Program-made: the position numbers and the translations under genes
Notes under the pieces: generated by a model
The model's input: only the letters and a program-made list of their open reading frames with translations
The model's database searches: none
What the model was told of the DNA's origin: nothing
Shown here: one piece after another, positions 37,030 through 55,800 of the stretch
Numbering within the stretch: position 1 is the first letter of the stretch
Layout: each line of letters opens with the position of its first letter
Assembly (NCBI GenBank): GCA_037447605.1
Contig: CM074818.1
Span: forward strand, 186,001 to 250,000
Length of the DNA stretch: 64,000 nucleotides
Origin: Zygnema circumcarinatum SAG 698-1b
Taxonomy: Eukaryota; Plantae; Zygnematophyceae
Direction of reading: 5' to 3'

Positions 37030-37179
37030 CGCTCGCCACGTATGCAATTTGCCACCTTTGCGAATTCGCAATTTGATCCATTTGATTTTAGGCTTTTTAA
37101 AAACATTTAACAACAAAATTTTTCATTTTTTCTACAAATTTGGTCCAGTACTCGTTCTCTAATCAACGCTCGCCACGTA
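37030..37179. promoter_or_regulatory. Two copies of 13-bp CGCTCGCCACGTA containing an ABRE-type core (TACGTGGC on the minus strand)
   Basis: Exact direct repeats at 37030-37042 and 37167-37179, in the ~800-bp divergent promoter of the SMC-like and TMEM205-like genes. Confidence 0.5.
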
Positions 37180-37360
37180 GCTGCCGCAACAAAAGTTCCG
37201 TACTGGCTTTGTACGATAATCGAAGGGCCACATTTGTAAATGTTTACGGCCGTGGAGAAAGACGTCTCCAAATGTTTTGAACTGCACTTTTTGAAGCCCT
37301 CTTTGAAGCAAACACCTTGACAGGCTCCTCCATTTTGGAAGCTCCTGGAGCTCGGCAGCC

Positions 37361-38377
37361 ATGGTGGCGGCTTCTGTTGAGCGCTTGGTTCGTACGGCTC
37401 ACCTTCTTGCATTTTCTGGAGCGTTTGGCACCACTCTGTGGGTGTCTTTTCTGGGCGGAATCATCATGTTCAGGTGCGTTTCAGCTATGATGGAGGGATC
37501 ATTCTTTTTTTTTTCAATATTTTCTTAAGAAGCTTATCTGAATTTGAATGTATTTATTCTGAAAATGAGCTGGTTTTTTGAAGGAGATTATTTTTCTGGA
37601 AGAATTCATTCATTCATGCATCTGCCACTTTTTTTTTCCCACTCTCGACATCCTTTCTTCTAATGGTCTGTCAGGTCAATGCCTCGTCAGTTAAATGCTA
37701 TTGCTATTATATTTTTGACACAGAAACAAATAATAAATAATGATTCCTGAGTGCATTTCATGTGTTTATATGTTGTGTTCAGGAATTTGCCACGTCATCA
37801 GTTTGGCAACCTGCAAAGCAAACTGTTTCCTGCATATTTCTCGCTTGTGTCTGCTTCAATGACGGTCTGCCTTGCGGCTCTCGCTTTCTTTCATCCATGG
37901 AGCTCTGCGTCCGGAGTGGAGCGTCTGCAATACATCGCTCTCGCTACTACACTTCTCTCTTCACTTGCCAATCTGCTCATCCTTGAACCGCTTACCACGA
38001 AGGTGCAGCCTCTGAACTCTGAAACCTTGGCTTAACGCATACATCCTTGGTTGCCTTTTTCTTTTTATCTTTGGTCCCGATGGCTTTTACGTAGCTTTGC
38101 TGCTTGTCTGTTTAGTCCACCTCTCATCATAACCTGGAGCCGTTGGAGTGAGTGGGAGCAGGTGATGAGGGAGAGGCATCGCATTGAGCGCGAGGAGGGC
38201 ATTGGAACTGAAGTAGGTTTATCAAAGAACAGAGAGGTGGCCCAAAGGAACAAGGCTCTTCGAGCAGTCAACCGCAAGTTTGGGAAGTTTCACGGCATGT
38301 CCTCCCTCGTCAACATGGTATCCTTTGTAGCCATGTTGGTTCATTTGTGGTTTCTCTCGGGGAGTTTCAGTACATAG
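37361..38377 (+). CDS. TMEM205: TMEM205 / DUF4149 family membrane protein, 3 exons
   Basis: Exons ~37361-37473, 37782-38002 and 38161-38377 give MVAASVERLVRTAHLLAFSGAFGTTLWVSFLGGIIMFRNLPRHQFGNLQSKLFPAYF...LANLLILEPLTTKVMRERH...NRKFGKFHGMSSLVN. This is the typical family pattern with four hydrophobic segments. Confidence 0.9.
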
Positions 38378-39367
38378 CTCAATGCTTCTTTTTAACTTCT
38401 TTAACGATAATTCCCAAAAAAAAAGTTAGTGGAGCGCACTGATTACCTGCCGATCGCGTGATGAATAACTTTTAGCTGCGATGGAGAAGCGTGCCCTCCC
38501 CTTCCCCTTTACATGTGATAACAACGTTTTCTGAATAAATTCTTTAGACCGAGGGTTGACGTTTGAACGACGGAAGGAAAAAAATTCCTTAGGACTCGGT
38601 TTTGAACTCCGCGTCTGATCATTTGAACAAGTGAAACAGACCAGAGAGGTTGTATGACGGAGAGCGGAGTGGGGAGTAAGTGATGTTACGAGTGTCTCCA
38701 TGACGTTATAATGTCATGTACACATCATCATATCACGAGGAGTGACGTATATGTAGTAGAGCTTCACCAAAAAAACAAAAAAAGGAAAAGCATGAAGGAT
38801 ACATACAACGCATAGCATTACATTCATGACATCACGTGGACACCCATTATATCAGATATGGACATAATCATAACATCGCAAAGAAAAAAACTGATGATAT
38901 CACAGATGCGCATCCACCCTAACATCAATTTTGAACAGAACAATGCAATTATTTGTCGGCTTGGCGATCATTCTTACAAGCTAACCCCCTCATAATCTCA
39001 TGAATATATCATGTGACGAACTCTCCAATCCTCTCTACCTCTCTCTTTCTCTCACTCTATCTCTATCTCACTCTACTTTTCTGAGCCTGAAAAATGGGAG
39101 ATAAACACCATTGCCATCGGGAACAATTGACATCCTAAAGTAGGGCGCACCCACTGTACAAAGAACTCACTTGTTGGGTCGTCGGATCTCAAACCAACGA
39201 AAATGAAATCAACGACGTCGACCAATTGCCTTAGGAACATGCGAAAAGGGATGATGTATGATGGGAGAGAGGCGGCAGAAGCCCATGGAGGATGGTGGTC
39301 TTCTGCATGCATGGGATGACATGCGGTGACATGCGCGCATGGCATGACATGGCATGGAAGCCATGGC

Positions 39368-47908
<8,541 letters not shown>

Positions 47909-48607
47909 TGTCTGCTCACGTACACTGCCTTCTTCTTCGTCCTATGTGCTGCTTGGCTTGGATTCTCCACTGCCTGCACAAAGGTAAGGGCAAACTATTG
48001 AGGATTTTCAAGTAAGGATCAATAACATATCGAGTCCTCAAGCTCTAAAGTATTGCAAGACATGACTCCTTGGAACAGCTTGCTTTCTTCGTATCAGACC
48101 TTCCTGCGCGCCTAAGCTAATTGGTTAATTGCCCTTGCGGTTCCATCCAGCCGCTTAATCAAAGTAACGATCACGAGGAGGCAAGAGACTTTGCTTATGT
48201 CAACCAGAACCAACGGCCAAAATAAAAGTGCATCCATAACGAATACAGAATGAAGGCAGAGGAGGCAGAGGAGAGGATAACCAGACCAGCTGCCTAACGA
48301 TTTTATGTCCAAAGTGAAACAGATATGTATTCAATACGATAAATAATGCGAACAAGCGCTTTCTTCCAAGAGTAGCACTACTTCCAGCAGCAATCTCTCA
48401 ATCACTAATTCAAGGACTCTCACATCTCCTGTCTCACGTCATTCTCATTCCCTGATCTCTGACTGCACGCAATCCACCAACGAAGTAGCAAGCTGGCCTC
48501 TCCCTCTCTCTCTGTGTGAGGGAACCATGCAGTTAAATACCCTAAAAATGGTGAAAACATTGGAACATTCGCAAAAGAGTCTACTATACTACAGCATACT
48601 AGCAATA

Positions 48608-48662
48608 CACTATCCTATGCTATCACTATCCTATGCTATCTATGCTATGCTATCACTATCCA
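48608..48662 (+). repeat. Short tandem repeat, unit CACTATCCTATGCTAT
   Basis: Two exact 16-bp copies (48608-48639) plus degenerate partial copies. Confidence 0.75.
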
Positions 48663-49532
48663 ATTATATACATACACTCCAGCCTATTATGGAGTTTGAC
48701 AGGACACAACAGCTCTCCAATTCTCTGCTCTAGACAATGCATTACCCCTCCCTTTCAAACTTCTCCTACCAAAAAAAAGTTTTCCCGAACAATACCCAAC
48801 AAAACAGTGAAGACTAGTGTACAACCTAACCTAATTCACGGTAGTTGAACAGCAAGTCCTCTTTATCTCAAATACCTTCAGACTAGACTGAAAAACAACA
48901 GCTAGATTCCTAAACAGTTCAGAAAACATACCTCAGCCTCTCCCTAATGATAAACGAAATGCAAAACTGAAGCAAAATTGCTGCACCAATTTGAAATCAT
49001 AACTTGACGCCCTCGACAAAACTAGCCAAATCTGACTGGCATTCATCCTTTCACAGCAGTCCCCACCTTTCCACGCGGCTTATTCTTCGCCAACCTACAG
49101 ATGAGATATCGTCAATTCCGTATGGCAGGGGCGGTGGCCGGCCGCCATGGCTGGAAGCTGCTCTTGCTCTAGCGCTCTTTACAGTTCCAAACTACCGTCA
49201 GGATTTGGAACGTGCAAATTTCCTGATTCCGTACAGAATCCGTACGGACGAGGTCCCTGCCAGAAATTGTTTGGCGGGGGACAGGCCTCTTTAAATACGG
49301 GATTTCCAGCTTAAGATAAGGGGTTGTCCCCTAAATTGGTTTTAAAAACCCCGTAATTATGGTCGCCCTTCAGCGTTGCCTCGCTTCTACGCTCCTTCGG
49401 CGTGCTGCAGTTGTTGGTGACCGTGTCGGTGGACTTCCGCCGCTCCCTCGCGATGTGCCTCACATCGGTGACCTTTGCGGCTGCTTCTAGGGCTGCGTTG
49501 TTGCGCCTAGGCGTAGTTTTCCGCTCTTAGCT

Positions 49533-49905
49533 TCTTTCGTTTGCGCTTAGGTCCTTTGCGACCAGTCCGTGGTTCCATATCATGCTTTTGTTCATGTACA
49601 TTTGATGGCCTCGCCATCGTGAGTTCAATGCCATTTTCTTTTTCCCTTGTAAATATGGCCGTCCATTTGATCCCGATTCGCCTTCCGGCGACCCAGCATT
49701 TGTCCTTCATTCGACCGGACGCCACCTCCGTATCGAGAAGTGTCACGGCGAATGGGAAATGGAAGTGGCATTGATCTCACGATGGCGAGGATGCCATCAA
49801 ATGGACATGGAAAAAATCAGATGGGGAATCACGAGGAATTGGTCGCAAAGGACCTAAGCACAAAAGAAAGAGAAAGGGAAGTGGCATTGAACTCACGATG
49901 ACAAA
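49533..49905. repeat. Fold-back (long inverted repeat) element, MITE-like or hairpin
   Basis: Arm 49533-49637 is the imperfect reverse complement of arm ~49762-49873, with a ~125-bp spacer. An extra partial arm (gtggcattgaactcacgatg) is at ~49881-49900 and a related copy is at 28731-28880. Confidence 0.8.
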
Positions 49906-50402
49906 GAAAACTAACTATTTGTGCAAGGACCGACGGTATTTACCAAAAGAAACGTACTTTTTCCAGCTCGTCACAGGAACTGGGTCTACAAGGGGACCAT
50001 CAGGGCTCCGTACGAGACCGTTCATTGCCCTAGACGGTTCGTACATTTACTGTACGGCTACCATGTGATCTCTGTACTGTACAGAACAGTACTGTACTGA
50101 AACCGTACTAAAAGCACTAACACAAACATAAACGTACTTATGACCGTACGATAACTGTACGGTCGATCCTTCTGTGTTACCTGGTGGTACTACAGTAGGG
50201 GGTTGTAGCACAAGATAAGTGGGGTTAAGAGGAGGCTGCTGAGCTAGTTGCAGGTGCTGTACGGCCACTCGCGCGTCCGTGCTGAAACTGATGAAGGGTT
50301 GTGTTGGTCCTGTGGGTCTGCCTGCAGCATAGAGCCAGGATCCGGGAGATTCAGAGGTACGCGCAGCGGAAGACGTAGGGATCCTGAAGATGNNNNNNNN
50401 NN

Positions 50403-51990
50403 TGGCAGCCCCATTCCCTCCCCCTAGCCTAGCATGTCCACCAGCAACGACCCCTAAGCTGCTGGTGGGTTGGGGTTTTCCGGCCCCTTGCCCTTCTTGT
50501 CCTTGGTGTTGAGAGGGCAATCCCGGGCCTTATGCCCCTCCTTGCGGCAGCGGAAACACTTGTTCTCCCGCTGCATTTTCTCCATTTCCTCTGGAGTCAA
50601 CTTCTGCGGCCGTGCAGTGGGTGGGCGGGCAGCCACTTCCGCCGCCTGCTGTTCTTTCCTCGCCATCTTGGTAAAGCAGGGTCTCCGCCTTCCACCTAAT
50701 TCTCGCCAGCCACGCCGCCCCGACCTCCGCCGGGCGTCGGGAAGGGTTCTCGCGACGCTCGCAGCAGGGCGTGTCCAACTGACGGCTGCATCAGCATACA
50801 AATTAGAGTCACAACTCACGGCTCGCAGTCCGTGGGTTAGTTCACCGCTTCCTGTGGCTTCCTGCCATTCCCCGGCGTGGAAAAGAACTCAGCCTCGGCC
50901 TGGAAAGTTTCTGTGAGTGGTGATTCGAGTACCACTTGACGGTGTCTCGCAGAACCGCTTGACACCGCCGGCTTCAAATCCATGTTCTCAAATTCTATCC
51001 CGGCCTCCAAGTCGATCCAAGGCCCTTAAAGGGATTGATAAGTTCATTTCGAACTTATCCCAATCGGGCCCTCATTCATCAGAGAGGCCCTCATACACAC
51101 GGCGCGTTCTTCAGTGTTGGGTAAGTAAAGCTTACCCACCGGAGCTGGGGACGTTGGTCGCTGTTGCAGCCCCTGTTTGACTCCAACCACCGCCAATCGA
51201 GCGCCCTGCGGGTGATGTTCGCCCAAAAGGAAAGAGGGGTTACCTTGGCCCATTCCTATCCTCGTGGTTATGGGAGCAGTCCGGTGGACTGATCTTCTCC
51301 GCCTCAAAGAGTCGTCACTTCACGGGGTCTCATCGCTGGGTGGTTCGCCACCCCGGTGACTCCCCGCGGGAAAACCAGTGGGGTTCGACTGCCGCTTCCG
51401 GCAGGCCGTTGGGGCGCTGACGTAATACGCTACCGGAGTGGTTTGCCTAACCTTCCCCTGTGACTCGCTGCGTATCCACGCTTCTACGCTCAGGGGGTTC
51501 GGGTATACCTTCCTCGGGATCCTCCGGAGCTCGTCTCGCAAGGCTCGAACTCCATTTGGAGCGTGGTCTACCAGGCGGCGGACCGGTGAGCTTTTCCATG
51601 TCGCCCACCGCCGCATGTGCCATGGTGGCGCATGCTGCCGCCGCCTTATATCCGCTTCCCAGTTCGTCGCATCTTCTTCTTCATCTTCGTGGACGCCACC
51701 GCGATGTGGGCCCCATCATGGATCGGGCGGATTCCCGCTGCAGCCGCCCTGACGCTGAAAGGGGTAGTAGCACGTGGATGACCTGGTCATCCGGCAGGCC
51801 GCGGGATCAGCCCCTCCACGGGGTGGCCGCAGCCTCGAAGTTCTTCCTCCATCACCTCGTCCCGAGGGACGTGGTGGAGGTGGCGCCCTGAGGCCCCGGG
51901 TCCCTCCTCCGCCCTGCTGAGTGGTCACCATGACCCTGTGTTCTCTTCAAAAGAGAAGGCCGCAACTTGGCTCATACCAACCGTGAACGA
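50403..51990 (-). mobile_element. Decayed Ty3/gypsy-like gag remnant
   Basis: Minus-strand CCHC zinc knuckle CFRCRKEGHKARDC (~50525-50570). It shares GGGGTTACCTTGGCCC with the chromovirus gag region (~51237 vs ~56783). A degenerate tRNA-iMet PBS (TGGTATGAGCC on minus) is at ~51970-51981. Bounded on the left by an N gap. Confidence 0.7.
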
Positions 51991-52599
51991 CTTAAAACCG
52001 CCAAATTGCCAAGGAATAACGCACCAAGACCCGGAGTTCAAAGAAGAGGGCTTAGAGTAAGAGGAGAGAGAGAGAGAGCTGCCAGAGAGTGGCGCTTCCC
52101 GTCGTGGGTGCAACCGTATGTCGCAGATAAGTTGGTTGGGTGACGACAGCCACCACTTTACGCTTCCCCGCTGAACCTCCTACCAAGATGGGAGGATTGG
52201 AAGTTGTGGCCGCCCAATGGCGCATCGCCACGTGTCCTCTCTCGACTCGAATGGGCCGAGGTGTACAACGTGATGAACGCTCAATCGCATTCACGCTGGC
52301 GCTGCCGCGACGCGGGCCAGCCAGACGTTGCACGGTCGATCCTACGCTACGCGCTGGGTCCGACGATAGTCCGCCCCGTACTAACGGTGAACCCGTAATT
52401 GTACGGACGCATCGTTATGTTCCAAAACGTAGGAAGATGTGGTCGATTCCGCGGGATCCTCACCACACGGGCGACGCCGATACATATGTCTCAAGATAAG
52501 CCGCCGCGATCAACCCTTGCAACCTTCGCATAGCCCGGGATCCCCGTGACCCTTCCGTCTTAGGTGGTCCTCGACGCTGGGCCACTGCCCGCCTCGGGT

Positions 52600-52855
52600 G
52601 AGAGTACTAGACGGAGCGCGCCTTGGCATACCTCGGGTGATCAGGAAGGCTACACACGTAATTCAACTGGCCATCATCAACAGAGAAGTGCCGAGCGCGG
52701 CGGAGCAGCCGAGCCCTCTCGGTATCCGTGATAAAAGGGGGCAATGTGCGGGTCATGACGTAGCGCAGAAGGGAGGAGTCAGAATGGACGTCATTGGCGC
52801 TGGGGAAATGGGGAGGAAGAAAGGGAGCTTCGCCATCGTCATCCATGAGGAGTTC
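52600..52855 (-). pseudogene. Fragment of an older Ty3/gypsy-type pol (region preceding the integrase zinc finger), target of the chromovirus insertion; continues at 58022-58212
   Basis: Minus frame DVHSDSSLLRYVMTRTLPPFITDTERARLLRRARHFSVDDGQL resembles the pre-integrase segment of gypsy pol. Removing the insertion joins ...HPHADPW|ELLMDDD... in frame. Confidence 0.55.
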
Positions 52856-55800
52856 TGTAACAAGCCTTGAGCACAACACCCAAAGCCTGCTAGAGACTAA
52901 GTCACTTAAATGTAATGCTGGTTGAATCACATTGCAAGTGCCCCTTCCCACTCCCTCTTGCATTCATCCCACGCCTCTTATACGCCCCTGGCCGTAACCC
53001 TTTACCAGCCGTAAGGACCGAGCGGCTAGCCACGGCGCTATGCCACGCGGGCCAACGCTGGTCCAATGCCGCTAAGGAGAGGTCGTCACGCCACCGCCAA
53101 GATTCCCCACGTGTGACCGCGGACACGCCACTGTGATAGCTTACCGAAGGCGGTCGTGGTCGCTCCGATCTCGAACGCGACGCGCGACGCCGCAGAATCG
53201 CCGTCAGTCCGTACCGCCCGTACGGGCGGTACGGACCCGTACGGCTACACCGTACGACTATACGGATGGCCCGTACGGCCAAATCGTACGGAAATCCTCA
53301 AAGATGCCGGCGTTAACTGCAGGTCTGCAGCGTTTCCGTGCTCGCTACATTACTTCAATGACGACATCGCTGGGTTTAAATTTGCGTGTGACGGGACGGG
53401 AGGGTTCCAGCGACAATCCCGTCAAGTCCTCACGCCCGAGTTGCGCCGGTTCGCCTAGGAACTCCCTGTTTCAAATTTCGCCTCACAGCTTTCCTCCTAA
53501 CAATACAAATCAAGGAGCTCCTGGGATTTGGTCAAGTTGCCTTCTTTCTCCCAAGTACTATGTTCAACCCCATAGCCCAACCACTTCACGAGATACTCGT
53601 GATGGGATCTGCGACCCTTTCGCACTGTTCGGTGGGTTTGAATGGCTTCAACCTCATACTCAAGGTCGCCTTCAATCTCCACTGGTGTGGGAGGTGGTTG
53701 GATCTTCCCGTCGTGTCGGTAAGCCTTTAGCAAACTCACATGAAATACCGGATGCACTTTCATATGGGCTGGTAAATCTAACCCGTAGTTTTCACTTCCA
53801 ATGTTTTTAATGCATTTAAAAGGCCCCACATAATCGCGGGGCCACGCTCACGGTGCCATAGTTTTGAGCGGTGATGCATTGCACAAAACTTCATCTCCCT
53901 CACAGCGTAAGGAGTCCGCTGGTAATCGCGATAAGCATGATCTCGGCCGGGAGTTGGCCGCCATAGGTCTGCCGCGCCCCGCTGCAAGGACTCCTGGCAT
54001 CACCGGACAAAGAAGTAATCAGGAGGAAAAGTTGAGTCCCCACCAGCCTCTCAGACACCAAGGATCGATTTTGTGGACACCCATAAAGCAATTAGGGGAT
54101 TGATCCTTCTACGTTGTGGGATTTAGAGGATACCACCAAATTCAAAAAGAACGGAGTAGCACCGATAGATTCTGCATCGCGATATTAATGGCATATTCAA
54201 CCAACGAGCAACTGATCCCACACATCCGTGTAGGTCCCACATAATGCCGTAAGATAATCTTCCGTGATTTGTCTACTCGGGCCCACCGGGCCGCCGGGCT
54301 TGGCGGGTGGCCGTATCATAGCCTCGCTGCACCCACGATTCCGGAGCACTTTTCCAAATGTCCGCTGAATCGATCCTCGATCTAAATAATTCCATCAAGC
54401 CCATGCAAACTCCATACTTTGTCAACATATCCCGCTAACGAATGGCCCTAGCCGGGTTTAGTAGTTGGTGCAAAATGCACCATCTTGCTGAGCTTATCGA
54501 CGAACACTAAGATGGAGTCAAAACCCCGTGGTGTGGCAGGAAGATCAGTGATCAAATCCATGCCAACACTCTACCATTTCCGAAAAGGAGGTGTCAAGGG
54601 TTGCAGCTGGCCAGGAATCCTGCCAGTGCGTGCCTTATCACGTTGACAAGTGGGACAGGCGAGTACATACGCCTTCACATCCCTCGTGAGCCCTGGCCAC
54701 CAGAACTCACGGAGCAGTGCCTCACGAGTCTTGGCAATTCCCATATGACCACTGTACGGCGGATCATGCAACTCACTCAGAATGAGTTGCCGTACAACCC
54801 CGGTCTTGGGCACGACCAATTGCGTCCCGTGATACCAAAACCCATCTGNNNNNNNNNNGATTACTGCAAGGAGCTCCTGCTCAGTTGCAGAATAATTGCG
54901 TTCGGCTGGGTTCATCTTACGACTTTCGTACGCAAGAGGTCGACCATCCTGAAACAGGACAGCTCCCAGAGCAAATCCGGACGCATCACAAACCACTTCA
55001 TAGGGTTTGGTAGGGTCTGCCAACACCAATGTAGGTGCGGTGACTAAGGAATGTTTGACACCTTCAAAAGCACTCTGGCATTCGGGCGTCCAAACGTAAG
55101 TGACACTGGCACGTGTCAAATCTGTCAAGGGAGTAACAAGCTTACTAAACCCCTGAATAAATTTACGAAAATAATTCGCAAATCCTAGGAAAGACCGCAA
55201 CTGATGTAAATCTGTTGGTACTTCCCATGTTTCAACCGCAACCACTTTCGCAGGGTCGGTCGAATGCCCTGATCATTCAGGATATGCCCAAGGTAAAGCA
55301 GCTCACGCTGCATGAAGTGACACTTCTTCCGCTTGGCATAGAAACAGTGCTTCCTCAAAACTTCAAACACCTTCCTCACCTGTTGAAGATGGTCCTCAAC
55401 CGTCGTACTAAAAACAAGGATATCATCGAGGTACACTAACACAAAATCATCCATGCCAATGAACATTTCGTTCATAACGGCCTGGAAAGTAGCTGGAGCA
55501 TTAGTCAATCCGAAAGGCAAAACCTTGTACTGGAAATGACCGATAGGCGTTCGAAACGCCGTTTTAGGTACATCAGCATCCGTCACCCGAATCTGATGAT
55601 AACCTTGTGCAAGATCGAGTGATGTGAATACTCGAGCACCTTGCAATCTATCCAGCAAATCGTCGATACGCGGTAAAGCATACCGATTCTTTGACAGTTA
55701 TCTTGTTAAGTGCCCGATAGTCAATGCACATACGCAAAGAACCATCTTTCTTCCCCACGAAGAGGATTGGAGCACCGAACGGACTCTGGCTGGGTTCAAT

